DNA from: a bacterium | GTDB lineage: Bacteria; Patescibacteriota; Minisyncoccia; Minisyncoccales; CG1-02-41-26 | Length of the DNA stretch: 64,000 nucleotides | Reading direction: 5' to 3' | NCBI GenBank assembly: GCA_030603395.1 | Contig: JAUVXX010000001.1 | Span: 29,822-93,821 of the forward strand | Shown here: positions 35,881 through 46,900 of the stretch, one piece after another | Layout of the letters: each line of letters starts with the position of its first letter | How positions within the stretch are numbered: the first letter of the stretch is position 1 | The notes under the pieces: generated by a model | Databases searched by the model: none | What the model was told of the DNA's origin: nothing | What the model saw: the letters and a program-made list of their open reading frames with translations, nothing else | Made by a program: the position numbers and the translations under genes

Positions 35881-37566
35881 TTACTCTAATTCTTTTTCGA
35901 TATCCTCAATTTCTTTTCTTACTATCTTTTCAGATCTTTCTAAAATCTCTATTAGTTCGTCTCGAATTATTTTCTCTTTTGGACTCAATCCCGGCCTAAA
36001 ATCAAGACGTTCAATTCTCTTGGTAATTTTTTTCTTTAAATCATTAAAGGTCTTTTTCAAGCTATCTGCTGCCTCTCGAGTCTCCTTCTCAACCTTCCTT
36101 TTCTTGGACAAAATAAGATAAATAATAATTGCCATTATCAAAGCAGTTAAGATTATTAAGATTAAAAATAGGGTTCGATAAGTAAAAATCCAAGGGCCAA
36201 TAGAAATTCCACCCAAGATAACTTTTACCTGATATTCTGGAGAGGAATCACTTATTGCCCCTCTTTCATCTTTACTTCTAGCTGAAATTGTATAGTTACC
36301 TGATTTAAAAAGCTCATCAGTAGAAAATAACCAAATTCCATTTTCATCGCTTCCTACTTCCCATTTTTTTATTAGTTTATCATTTCTTTTGAAAAAGATA
36401 ATTACAGTTACATTTGATAAAGCAGTTCCTTCGACATAAAATACTTCTTCTCCAGCAATATAGGTTTCCGGGTAAATTAAAATTTTAGGAATTAGAATTG
36501 ACTCAACATTTAACAAAGTTGCTGCTTCTCTAAAATTCCCGGCTCTATCTATTGCCTTAACTAAAATCTTATAGGAACCCGGGGCTTGATGAGGAAGTTG
36601 AAAAGGACTAGTTTGAGCTCGCACCAGAGAAAATGTATCCCCTTCACCAATTTTTATCTCGTAATGACTTATCCCTGATAAATCATCTTCAGTCTCAAAA
36701 TACAAAAATGGACGAGGGTTGGTTGAATCCCCTTGATTATCTATAACCACATCAAAAGGATGAGGAGGAGTGGTGTCAATTTGAACTTTATAATGAGAAG
36801 TTCTACTCCAGCCAGCTTTGTTTTGAATTCTCAAATGAAAGTACCATGATCCATCTTCTACTCCTTCATAGCTTTTTGAACTTACCACTTCCTCCGAGAC
36901 AGCTCCTGGGATAGAAAAAGGGCTCTGGTCGAATTTATAACTCACCCCAATAATATCTGGAGAGACTTTCCATTGAAATTTTGGATCGGGATTTTGGTAC
37001 CAGAGGTTTTCTTTGGGATGAGTGGGAGAGGAAATCTTTGGAGGAGCTGGAGCCTCAACAATCTCTGGAGGAACTTCAGTGATTGAGAAAGTTGCTCCTT
37101 GGATAAAAGCTAAAATATCAGTCCCCCTGCCATCAGCAGCTAAAACTGCCGCTTCAGAAAAGGAAACCTTTGCTTGTCCTACTTTCTTTGCCCTAAAGTT
37201 AATCGCAAAAATAGTCCCCACCCCAGTAAATCCCGGGGCTGGCACTCCTCCTTGAAAATTAACTTCTCCTCTTGAATTTGAAAAAATTGGTTCTTCTGGC
37301 CAAAATGTAAATATTGAATCCGTCTTAGAAACACTTTTTACTTCCAATAGCCCCCTGGGAAATAAAATTTTTGCTTTAGCCGCATTAATCGGAGCTCCAT
37401 TACTATTTACTTTTACTCTAACCAGAAATGTGCTCCCTATCTGATATTCTCCACTGCCCGGGCTTAAAAACAAAGATGCCTCCGCTCCCTCTGTAGAGGA
37501 AGCAACCAGCAACAAGCAACAAGCAACAAGAACTAATAATTGAAGTTTTAGAGTTGAAAGTTTCAT
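35881..37566 (-). CDS. Surface protein paralog 1: signal peptide, cohesin-like N-domain, conserved middle domain, C-terminal TM with basic tail
   Basis: It has the signal peptide MKLSTLKLQLLVLVACCLLLVASS, a cohesin-like N-domain (LFLSPGSGEYQIGSTFLVRVKVNSNGAPINAAKAKILFP), and a shared domain SPTHPKENLWY...DGSWYFHL...IDTTPP. It ends with a TM segment plus KKRKVEKE. Confidence 0.6.
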   Translation of the reverse strand: MKLSTLKLQLLVLVACCLLLVASSTEGAEASLFLSPGSGEYQIGSTFLVRVKVNSNGAPINAAKAKILFPRGLLEVKSVSKTDSIFTFWPEEPIFSNSRGEVNFQGGVPAPGFTGVGTIFAINFRAKKVGQAKVSFSEAAVLAADGRGTDILAFIQGATFSITEVPPEIVEAPAPPKISSPTHPKENLWYQNPDPKFQWKVSPDIIGVSYKFDQSPFSIPGAVSEEVVSSKSYEGVEDGSWYFHLRIQNKAGWSRTSHYKVQIDTTPPHPFDVVIDNQGDSTNPRPFLYFETEDDLSGISHYEIKIGEGDTFSLVRAQTSPFQLPHQAPGSYKILVKAIDRAGNFREAATLLNVESILIPKILIYPETYIAGEEVFYVEGTALSNVTVIIFFKRNDKLIKKWEVGSDENGIWLFSTDELFKSGNYTISARSKDERGAISDSSPEYQVKVILGGISIGPWIFTYRTLFLILIILTALIMAIIIYLILSKKRKVEKETREAADSLKKTFNDLKKKITKRIERLDFRPGLSPKEKIIRDELIEILERSEKIVRKEIEDIEKELE

Positions 37567-37615
37567 TTTTCAGTTGATTTTACGAACTTGTCTCCTGTCC
37601 CTTGTCTCCTGTCTC

Positions 37616-38902
37616 TTACTTTATTCTTTTACTGTTTTCTTTTAATTTCGCTTCTCTTTTTTTTAATCTCTGTTTAATTGCTTCTTGAAGTTTTCGATTC
37701 TTTCTCCCCCACCAAAGCAAAATTCCAATAATTAAACTAACTATTAAAACAATAATTATTCCAATCAGCCACCAAGGCAAAAATATTCCCCAAAACCAAA
37801 CTCCTTTCCCGGTTAAACCAATTCCCTTAGGGGTGATTTCAAGTTTTACTGACTCATCTCGCCAATTGCCAGAATTATCAAAAGCTCTCACTACTACCAT
37901 ATATTTTCCAGGTTCAAGAGCTGGAAGTTTGTAAGGACTTGATACTTCAATAAAAAATCCAGCCCCTTTTTCTTCACGGTCAGGATTAATATCAATCACT
38001 TTGATTTCAAAATGGTCTAAACCAGAGAGGGCATCCGTGGTGAAGAAAGAGACAATGGGCTGAGAAACGCTGGTTTGAGGAAAAGGAGTTATTTCGGGAG
38101 TAAAAGAAGCTGGTGGAGTAGAATCAATTTGAACTAAATAGTGACTGGTTCCTCCCCAGACCTCAGCTTTTTTAGCCTTAACATGAAAATACCAAATTCC
38201 ATCTTCCAAATCAGTGAAAGATATCAAAGTAAAGTCGCCTTCCGGAATACTATCGGGAACCCCTTGAGGGTCATGGTCTAAACTATAACTGAAAGTTTCG
38301 ATCCCTTCTTCTTTTACCCAGCTGAAAGTGGGGTTATTGTTTTTATACCATTTGTTTTGGTCAGAATGGGTAGGAGAAAAAACTTCCGGTCCTTCAGGTG
38401 GAGGGATGCGGAGATTATAAACCCCTCTTCCCCTTGAAGTTAAAATATTAGTACCCTTTCCATCATCTAAAAGGGCTCTTGAAGAATCTAAAAAAGTAAT
38501 AGTGGTTTCGCCCGGAGCAATAGCTCTGAAAGTAATGGTTGAAACTAAACCAGCGGAAGTATTAATTCCCGGAGAGGGTATTCCTCCTCGAAAGGAAGCT
38601 TTACCTTCGATATTGGAATAAGTTGGTTGAGAAATCCAAACCGAAATAAAAGACCTCCCAGCAGTAGGACTGGCGATCTGTAATTTTTTAGGGTCGAATT
38701 TTAAATCTACCTGAACGGCATTAACATTTTCTCCTCCAGTATTAACAAATATAGAAACATCAAAAGTATTTCTAACATAAAAAGTGCCAGAATTTGGAGA
38801 AAGATACAGCGAAGCCCCAGCAGCTCCTGTAGATGAGGCAACAAGCAACAAGCAACAAGCAGCAAGAACTAATAATTGAAGTTTTAGAATAGGGTATCTC
38901 AT
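37616..38902 (-). CDS. Surface protein paralog 2
   Basis: It has the signal peptide MRYPILKLQLLVLAACCLLLVASS and the same domain order as paralog 1 (SPTHSDQNKWY...DGIWYFHV...IDSTPP), and it ends with a TM segment plus a basic tail. Confidence 0.6.
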   Translation of the reverse strand: MRYPILKLQLLVLAACCLLLVASSTGAAGASLYLSPNSGTFYVRNTFDVSIFVNTGGENVNAVQVDLKFDPKKLQIASPTAGRSFISVWISQPTYSNIEGKASFRGGIPSPGINTSAGLVSTITFRAIAPGETTITFLDSSRALLDDGKGTNILTSRGRGVYNLRIPPPEGPEVFSPTHSDQNKWYKNNNPTFSWVKEEGIETFSYSLDHDPQGVPDSIPEGDFTLISFTDLEDGIWYFHVKAKKAEVWGGTSHYLVQIDSTPPASFTPEITPFPQTSVSQPIVSFFTTDALSGLDHFEIKVIDINPDREEKGAGFFIEVSSPYKLPALEPGKYMVVVRAFDNSGNWRDESVKLEITPKGIGLTGKGVWFWGIFLPWWLIGIIIVLIVSLIIGILLWWGRKNRKLQEAIKQRLKKREAKLKENSKRIK

Positions 38903-38905
38903 TTT

Positions 38906-40054
38906 TTAGTTGATTTTACGAACTTGTCTCTTGTTTCTTGTTACCCACCAAATTACTCCGGCCACTATTAAACCTAAAATTACCCAAGGTAGAATATCTT
39001 TCCAGGTTATTTTGTAGGGCGGTACAATTTCTGCTGTTCTCTCGTTTCCTGCTTTGTCCGCTGCCTTCACCGATATTCTACTTCTCAAGCTCTGATCCTC
39101 TAACAAATAAGGGCTCATTGCTCTTTTGAAATCTCGTTTCCCTTCCTTGACTTCGTAGTGCTCGATACCTGAAGTTTTATCATCTGTCACAAACACTAAA
39201 TACTTCTTTCCCTCAATTTCAGCAATTTGAGGTTCAAATTCTCCTGGCGGAGTCGCATCAATCATCGCTCTAAAACTTATCTTCGGTCCCCATTTTCCGC
39301 GTTGTTCCGCGTCAATTCCGCGTTTTTCACGCAAATGAAAATAATAGATTCCGTCTTCTAACCCTTTATATTCTATATCTCCCATCCAAATTAATTCTCC
39401 CTCTGGTTTATCTGGTATCTCATCTGGTTCAGCTAAAGGGTCGTGGCTTAAAAGATAGCTGTATTCAGCTCCCTCAATTAAATCCCAGTGTAAGTGCAAC
39501 GTTTTAGCTTTGTACCATTTATTCTGGTCAGGGTGACTTTTTGAGGAAATTACTGGCAACCCTTCTGGCTTTTTAATAATTTCATAACTCCCTGTCAAAA
39601 AGGTTAATTCAGCTTCTGTTCCCTTACCATCATTTAACAAAACCTTGCAATCTTCTTCTTTAAATCTAACTTCTGTTTTTCCTACTTTCTCTGCAGAAAA
39701 ATTAATCATACCAATTGTTCCCTGACCATTAAATCCTTTAGGCACTCCACCAATAAAAGAAATTTCTCCTGGCTGGATTTTTGGCTCTCGAGCCCAAAGA
39801 GTTAAGATTGAACCCCCTTTACTAAAATCAGTTGCCCCTAATAAAGATGAGGGGAAATTTAAATCCACCTCAACCACATTTATTTCCTGACCTTCGGTGT
39901 CCAATCTTATCTCCGCGATAAAAGAGTCACCTGAATAAACAGTCTGATTTTGAGGCAATAAATATAAAACCGCTGCCTGAACAGAACAAGCAACAAGTAA
40001 CAAGTAACAAGTAACAAGGATTAAAAATTGAAATTTTATAATAGAAAGTTTCAT
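38906..40054 (-). CDS. Surface protein paralog 3
   Basis: It has a signal peptide and the shared domain SKSHPDQNKWY...DGIYYFHL...IDATPP, and it ends with a TM segment plus a basic tail. Confidence 0.6.
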   Translation of the reverse strand: MKLSIIKFQFLILVTCYLLLVACSVQAAVLYLLPQNQTVYSGDSFIAEIRLDTEGQEINVVEVDLNFPSSLLGATDFSKGGSILTLWAREPKIQPGEISFIGGVPKGFNGQGTIGMINFSAEKVGKTEVRFKEEDCKVLLNDGKGTEAELTFLTGSYEIIKKPEGLPVISSKSHPDQNKWYKAKTLHLHWDLIEGAEYSYLLSHDPLAEPDEIPDKPEGELIWMGDIEYKGLEDGIYYFHLREKRGIDAEQRGKWGPKISFRAMIDATPPGEFEPQIAEIEGKKYLVFVTDDKTSGIEHYEVKEGKRDFKRAMSPYLLEDQSLRSRISVKAADKAGNERTAEIVPPYKITWKDILPWVILGLIVAGVIWWVTRNKRQVRKIN

Positions 40055-40102
40055 TTTTCAGTTGATTTTACGAACTTGTCTCCTGTCCTTTGTCTCCTGT
40101 CT

Positions 40103-41011
40103 CTATTCGGTCCAATAGTACATCATTATTGAGAAGTCCACTAAATCTACGATACCATCAAAGTTGATATCTGCACAACGATTAGCAGGCCTGGTTTGTC
40201 CCCAGAAATAAAGGAGAATTGAAAAATCAATCAAATCGATTCTCCCATCAAAATTCAAATCCGCTCCTTGACAGACTAAGGCTCCGGGAGCCAAAACTAA
40301 AAAAGAAAGAGTTTGAGAAAATGGGCTTTGTTCTCCGTCTCCAAAGAGAGCTTTGGCTCTTGCTTTATGTTCCCTTTCTTCCAAGGATGCTGTATTTAAT
40401 TTATAAGCCCACTTTCCTTTTTCATCGGTAAAGGCTTCCTTTACTGTTTCTCTAGGGGAAGAAATAAATATATTAATCTGGCTTTCTGGAAATGCCTGAC
40501 CCAAAATATTAACTTTGTTTCCTCTCTCCACCTGAGTGGGAGTTAGAGAAATAGTAGGGGAAATAAAAATCCCAGATATAGTGGTAGTTCTCTCGGCTAA
40601 AATGCTAACAGTAAAACTTAAAGTAACTGATTTGCGACCTTTAGTATCTTCAGCCCAAATTCCAAAAGTATAAATTCCTCCCGGAATCCCAGTTAATTCT
40701 TTTTTAAATAAACCAGAGGACTTAGCAAGAAAAGTAGCAGTAACCACATCATTTCTTAAAATAGTTAAAAAGGCATTGGGGTAAGCCCTTCCTTTAAAGA
40801 CAATCTTTGCTGCTGGAGTTGGCACTACTGCTCCTCCTCCTCCTCCTCCTGTTGGAACAACCTCTTCTTCTTCCTCTTCTTCTTCCCCCGGAGCAACTTC
40901 CACTCTAGCACTTACCGAAATATCCACGGTTGGAGTTTGGCAATATCCTAAAACTGGAAAAAAAAGTAAAATTATTCCCGCTAATAAAATTATGAATCGT
41001 GTCTTCTGCAT
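40103..41011 (-). CDS. Secreted protein with a C-terminal dockerin-like duplicated calcium-binding motif
   Basis: It has a signal peptide, a poly-Glu/poly-Gly linker, and a C-terminal DLNFDGRIDLIDFSIL plus DINFDGIVDLVDFSIM, which looks like a type-I dockerin duplicated F-hand. Confidence 0.6.
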   Translation of the reverse strand: MQKTRFIILLAGIILLFFPVLGYCQTPTVDISVSARVEVAPGEEEEEEEEVVPTGGGGGGAVVPTPAAKIVFKGRAYPNAFLTILRNDVVTATFLAKSSGLFKKELTGIPGGIYTFGIWAEDTKGRKSVTLSFTVSILAERTTTISGIFISPTISLTPTQVERGNKVNILGQAFPESQINIFISSPRETVKEAFTDEKGKWAYKLNTASLEEREHKARAKALFGDGEQSPFSQTLSFLVLAPGALVCQGADLNFDGRIDLIDFSILLYFWGQTRPANRCADINFDGIVDLVDFSIMMYYWTE

Positions 41012-41082
41012 TTCTCTATTATATAAGAAAAATCATCCAATATAAACTGGATGACTTCTTGTCTCTTGTCTCCTGTCTCTTG

Positions 41083-42039
41083 TCACTGTCTCAATACTTT
41101 CTCTCCCCTAACCAAAACATTGAAAGCAGTCGCCCATCTCTTTCTACTTAAAATGAAAAATGCTATTACCGCCATTATCCCTACTCCAGCTTTCCAGGGA
41201 AAAGCCCAAAAGGTAATTACCCTTGGAACTAAAGAAGTGTTACTCAGTCCATAACTTCCAACCAGAGTAGCAGTGTATCTTCCCGCCCAAAGCCATTTTC
41301 TATCCCAGGAGGTTTCAATTTTTCTTACTGAATTTGGGAGAACATTTCTTTGGACAAACCCAACATCAGCCACTTTTTTTCCTAACCAATTAGTAATAAC
41401 TACAAAACCTTTTGGTTTAAGGTGAATTGTCCCTTTATTCTCAAATCTTATGGTGAAATTTATTGGACCATACTCGGAATAGTAGGGAGCAAAAAATTCT
41501 TTGACTATCAAATTTTCTTCAACTTCTCCTGCCACCGAAAGTAAAACCAGAGCACCCACTCTTCCAGCAACCCCAGCTCCCACAAATTCTCCTCCTACCA
41601 CGGCGGTGGTACCAGCTAAAATTGAGCCATAATGACCACCAGGTTCTGCGTTTTCTGGAACATTGATAGTAAATGTAACAAATTTTTGCTCTTTTGGTTC
41701 CAGGGTAAACTCCTCGGGTTCCATTTTTATCCATCTGGCAATGGAGTAAGTTTCTGTTTCTGCTGGTTCAAGTTTCACATGTCCTATCTCACCCATTACA
41801 GTAAAATCTTCTATTTCCATCTTTATTCCAATGGTAGCGTTACTTGGATTATAAACTTTAACTTGATTTGTAATTGCATCTCCGGGGTTAGCTGTCAATT
41901 CAAAAGTCAAGGGAGAAATTCCAACGCCAATTCCTTGAGCAAAAACTGAGTGGCAAAATATTATCCCTCCAATAGCTAAAATTGTAACGGGGATAAACCA
42001 TTTCATATCTTTATCGTTGCTGCTAACCCGTGCTATCAA
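41083..42039 (-). CDS. Surface protein with signal peptide and C-terminal TM anchor (DUF916/DUF3324-like architecture); paralog of 42849..43964
   Basis: It shares the motif FTINVPENAEPGGHYGSI with 42849..43964 (FTISVPENAEPGGHYSVM) and has a C-terminal TM segment. Confidence 0.5.
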   Translation of the reverse strand: MIARVSSNDKDMKWFIPVTILAIGGIIFCHSVFAQGIGVGISPLTFELTANPGDAITNQVKVYNPSNATIGIKMEIEDFTVMGEIGHVKLEPAETETYSIARWIKMEPEEFTLEPKEQKFVTFTINVPENAEPGGHYGSILAGTTAVVGGEFVGAGVAGRVGALVLLSVAGEVEENLIVKEFFAPYYSEYGPINFTIRFENKGTIHLKPKGFVVITNWLGKKVADVGFVQRNVLPNSVRKIETSWDRKWLWAGRYTATLVGSYGLSNTSLVPRVITFWAFPWKAGVGIMAVIAFFILSRKRWATAFNVLVRGEKVLRQ

Positions 42040-42662
42040 AAGCTTCCCGTTAAGGTTAAAGTAATAGTGTCGTAGTAAGTATCTGCTGGTGTGCTAGTGG
42101 CATGAATAGTTGCCTTTAATGTCAGGGTACCCTGATCAAATGCTGTTGCTGTACTAGAACTAGCAAAATTTTGGCTTGTCGTCGCTAACTGTCCTACACT
42201 ATCACCAACTACGTTATAAGGACTATAAATACTCATCCCGCCGGTAGTGGTAGTTCCCTGCGCACCATATCCCTCAGTTCCGGCTGTCAAAGGAGAAGTA
42301 GTTGTCGATATAATGAGATGTTCGGTAGTTGTACCCAAAAGTCCTCCAAGCACAGTATCACCCAGATCTTTTATAGTCAATGTGTACCCATTAGCTGCGT
42401 TGGTCTTTATGCTGAAATCATTAGTAGTAGCGTTAACACTGCCACTACTTAGTGTTCCAAAAACCATTGCTGTAGTTGATACATTTAACTCAATCGTTTG
42501 ACCAACAGTTGCTGAAACAGTTATAACAGAGGTCGTAGCAGCACTAACATAATCAACAGGAGCTACCTTTTCATGTATTCCTATCATTGCCACCATTACC
42601 AAAGCTAAACCAACTCCAATAGCTATAATTATATCGAGATTTCTTTTAATTTTTTTCGCCAT
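42036..42662 (-). CDS. Small Thr/Ser/Gly-rich beta-rich secreted protein (WxL-domain-like)
   Basis: It has a signal/TM N-terminus. Its C-terminus, TYYDTITLTLTGSF, resembles the C-terminus of the giant protein, TYNTTVYYVCTANY. Confidence 0.45.
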   Translation of the reverse strand: MAKKIKRNLDIIIAIGVGLALVMVAMIGIHEKVAPVDYVSAATTSVITVSATVGQTIELNVSTTAMVFGTLSSGSVNATTNDFSIKTNAANGYTLTIKDLGDTVLGGLLGTTTEHLIISTTTSPLTAGTEGYGAQGTTTTGGMSIYSPYNVVGDSVGQLATTSQNFASSSTATAFDQGTLTLKATIHATSTPADTYYDTITLTLTGSF

Positions 42663-42848
42663 TTCTTACTTTAAATTTTTAAATTAGAAATCTATTATCG
42701 ATCTTTGGATTATTTTACTTTACTATAAATTTATTTTACCACAAAACCCTCTATCAAGAGAAAAAAAGTTTTCTACAGGTTATTTTATTATAGCGTTTAA
42801 TTCCCCCTCCTAAGACTGTCAACTGTGGATAACTTTTAAACGTAGGAT

Positions 42849-43964
42849 TCATGGTTTATAATTCTTTTTAACCAAAACCCTTGTTGCTAATTTTATCCGT
42901 TTTCTATATTTTACTACAATAAACATAATTAAGCCAATACTTACCATAAATCCGAGCCAAAATTGCCAGGGGAAAGAGAAGAAAGTTAAAACAAATGGAA
43001 TATTTGGCTGGAGAATTCCTGCAACTACCGGACTTTTTGCTTCAAGTTCTAATCTGGCTTGATATTTTCCAAAAAAGAAATTTCTTGCCAAAAAATTAGC
43101 GATTGATTCTGGCAGCCATTTCAAATAGCTTGGGATTCCTGCTGAAAACTCAATTGGGAATTGGCGAATTTTTCCCGGTAGAATTGTCCTTTGGGGAATT
43201 TTTGCCTCTCCAACTTTCTTGCCAAAAATATTATAAATTAAAACTTTGCCGAATGGTTTGATATGGTAAATATCATTGTTTTTTATCCTCAGCAAAAATG
43301 AGGAGGGAGATTTTTTAGTTATAGTAACTTCATTAGCAGCTTGAACCACTCTTCCAATGAAGGCAGAAGCAAGATTTTCCAAGATAACTAATCTCTCTTC
43401 TTTTGGTACAGAAAATTCAATTACTTCTAACTTTTGTTCAACTTCCGGCTCTAGCATAAAGACTTTCACTGAAAATAAAAACAAAACCCCAATCACTGGA
43501 ATGGCCCGGGGCTGGTCTTCCTCGAAATAAAAAGATGGTAACTGAGGCTCAAAAAGCATAACAGAATAATGACCACCTGGTTCTGCGTTTTCTGGAACAG
43601 AAATTGTAAAATTAACTTTCTCTGTTTCGCCAGAATCCAAAATAAAATTCGGCTTCTCAATCCTGAACCACTTCCGAGAAGCAAAAGATGAATCTTGGGA
43701 AGATTCATCAAACAACATTTCCCCTGAATCTTCGGCTGCCGTGAAGTCAGTTATTCTCACCTCTATTGGAACTGCCACCTCACTCTTGTTTGTGAGATTA
43801 ATTTTTTCAGTTATTTCCTTTTCAGGGAAAACATCTATTTCAAAAATCTGAGGAGAGACAGAGAAACCAATAGATCCAATTTTTTGAGCATTTACTGAAA
43901 AAAGGGGGATTAAAAAACTTACAATAAAAACAGGTATAAAAAGTTTTAATAATTTGCTGTGCAT
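42849..43964 (-). CDS. Surface protein, paralog of 41083..42039
   Basis: See 41083..42039. It has a signal peptide and a C-terminal TM segment. Confidence 0.5.
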   Translation of the reverse strand: MHSKLLKLFIPVFIVSFLIPLFSVNAQKIGSIGFSVSPQIFEIDVFPEKEITEKINLTNKSEVAVPIEVRITDFTAAEDSGEMLFDESSQDSSFASRKWFRIEKPNFILDSGETEKVNFTISVPENAEPGGHYSVMLFEPQLPSFYFEEDQPRAIPVIGVLFLFSVKVFMLEPEVEQKLEVIEFSVPKEERLVILENLASAFIGRVVQAANEVTITKKSPSSFLLRIKNNDIYHIKPFGKVLIYNIFGKKVGEAKIPQRTILPGKIRQFPIEFSAGIPSYLKWLPESIANFLARNFFFGKYQARLELEAKSPVVAGILQPNIPFVLTFFSFPWQFWLGFMVSIGLIMFIVVKYRKRIKLATRVLVKKNYKP

Positions 43965-46900
43965 ACGTAATACACTGTTGTGTTATATGTCCCAGGTGCC
44001 TGGGTGACAGCGGTAGAAACTTTGTAAGTAATTGTATGCTCACTTCCACTTGGAACAGCAGAAGTTTCATCAGCCATTGAGTCACCGGGAGTGGAGGTAG
44101 CAAAACCGGCATATTTTGTTGAAGTGGCGAAACGATTATCATAGCCAGGACCAAGAGAATTATCATCGGTAGTATAACCAAATCCACATTCGCTGTTATT
44201 CATGCAATTACCTGACCAAAGAGCAGGGGTGGAGTTAGCATAAGGCCATCTATCAATATAATTTGTTTCATCAAGTTTTAACCTCCCATCATTACTGGCA
44301 TAGGCTTTAACGGTGTAGCCACCAGAATAAGAAGTGGTAGCATACAAGATTGTCGTTCCGGTGGCGGTAAAATCATTTCCACTATCCAATTGCCCTAAAT
44401 TAACTGATAAAGAATCAACTGAAAACTCTAAATCAGAAGTCATGCCAGCATACCAAGAACCATTAGTTGGAGGTTCATTAACGCTGGGGTAAGGAGTATT
44501 CATAGCGGAACTACTACTCCTAAACCAATCTATTGAAATACATTTATCTACTCCCGAGCTTTCCGTGCTTGAAACTGAAGTAATATACTTATTCCCTTGG
44601 TCATTATAATAATCATAATCGCTATAACCCAAAACCGTAAGTTGCAAATTGTATTTGTAATAAGTAGTTGTAGCGCTGTCTTCCGAATATTCTCTAATTC
44701 TGATGGCTCCGTCAGTTCCGGGTTGAGGAATGGTCCCGGTGGCAGTCCCAGTAGCATAGGTTACTGTAACTTGAGTGGTTGAGGCATCTCCCCAGGCACC
44801 TCCTGACCACTTCCAAATTGTGGCATCAGAAGTAGAAGTGCTATATATAGTTGTCGTAGCACCGGGGACATCAGTGGAAGTAGCGTTGGCATCCACCACA
44901 TGAGCTCCCAAATACCAATCAACATTCAAAACACCATTACTGCTAACATTCTTGTCGTTCAAAGTGGTGTTAATCACTGTGGTAGTTCCGTTAGTAAAGT
45001 TTGGCCAGTTCCAGGTTGACTCTTGGATATTACAAGTACCCAAACAAGCAAAACTCCAAGAAGAAGCCGCTCCTTCGCCAACAATAGTTTTATCAGTAGA
45101 GATTGTTTCCCCGCCTTTAACATTTAGAGTTCCCCCTGCATCAACGGTAGTCGTAGCATTTTGTTGAATGTAAACCTTACATTGTCGATTACTCCCCAAA
45201 GCGGTTCCATCAAAGTCCTTGGTATATTCCCAATAATCAGTGATGCCGGTTGCTGTATGGAAGTCGCCCCAGATATAAAGATAGCCATCATTGCTGGCAT
45301 GGTCTTGTGAATACAAAGAGCCGGAAGAATCTACATCATAGCTGGTGGAGGTGGAGTTCCACATTCTGATATCAGTGCTTGTTCCAATTTTTAAAGTAGC
45401 GTAGGTTTCAGCAGCTTGGGTTGTTGAACCAACAGTATAGGAGGAAGCACTGTTAAGATATAAGGTGGAGTTTGATTGCCAATCAGTAACTGAAGGGACA
45501 GAGGTTGAGATAACATAATTACCTTGAACTTCAATAGTAATGGAGGTAGTAGCGACAAAAGAGGTAGCGTTGGTTATGTTCCAATTACTGGTGGAAGTAG
45601 CATCAGCAATTATGGTCCAACCACCTGAAGCATTGTCAAAAGTAACAATGTTAAAAGGAGAGTTTCCTGGATTAATGGTTTCTCCGGTATCTGAAGAATC
45701 AAAAGTAACTGTTCCTGAAGGATGATTAAAGATTCCTCCTGACTCTACTAACCAAGAGCCGCCAACATGGAGGGTAATATCAGTGGAGGTTGCGGTTCCA
45801 TTGGTGATAGTGAAGTCATTGTCAATATAGGGGTCAGTTCCAGTGGCGAAACTCCAACCCCCTCCTGACCCATTGAAAGTAAGGTTGTATAAATGAGAAC
45901 TACCCAAAGTTATAGTGTGACCAGCGGAGGTAGCAAAGAGTTTTAAAGTTCCATTGTTGTGTTTGAAAGTTCCTCCAGAAACATCAAAGTCACCACCAAC
46001 AGCTAAAGTTCCGGTGGTGGAGGTTGCTGTGCCAGCGCTAATGGTGAAGTTGTTGGTAGTAGTGGCATCAGTATCTTGGAAAGTCCAGCCACCTCCAGAA
46101 CCATTAAAAGTTAAATCATAGAAATCCGAACCACCAGCCGTGATTGTTTTGCCAGTGGTGGTGGCATCAAAAGTAACGGTTCCTTGTTGGGCGCGGAAAG
46201 TGCCAGAGTTTGTCCAAGAACCTGCAACATTGATGTTGTAATTGGAGCTTGAAGCATCAAGGATAGAATCTGAACCAATAATTAATAAATCTCCAGAAAC
46301 TTTGGTTGAGGTAGCGAGAGTGGTGGTGGCAGTTGAAGATTTTTCAAAAGTAAGAGTGTAAAAATCATGGCTATTATCTATGCCACCAGAATTAATGGTG
46401 CTTGTTGTTGTTCCGTTAAAAGTGGTGGTTGAATTAGCAGCATCAAAAGTAGCTCCGGTATCTACGGTCCAATTAGTTCCCAAATTAATTAGAGTTGCGT
46501 TACCAGCCAAAGTATCTGAAGCATTAAGGGTACCATTGATGGTAATATATTCTGTAATATCTAAATCATAACCTCTGGTATTTAAGGTATCGCCATTTTG
46601 AACAGTTAAGCTATCAGCTGTCATATCTGAACTTAAATTAGTGGTAGCTGGTGAGTTTCCAATATGGACATTGCCCAAATTATTCTTGGTAGCATTATCA
46701 TCTTGAAAATAACCGATTCCACTTCCTTCAAATATTAAAAGACCACTACTAGTTGCTTTAGTGAAAGTGGTGCTTGAAGCAATGGTGAAGCTTCTTGTAA
46801 CAAAGTTGTTTGCTCCTTGGCTGAGAGTGCCTTGAGTGATAGTGGTGGTGGCTGAAGTTGTCGCTGCATCCTGGAAAGTCCATTCACCGCCTGAACCATT

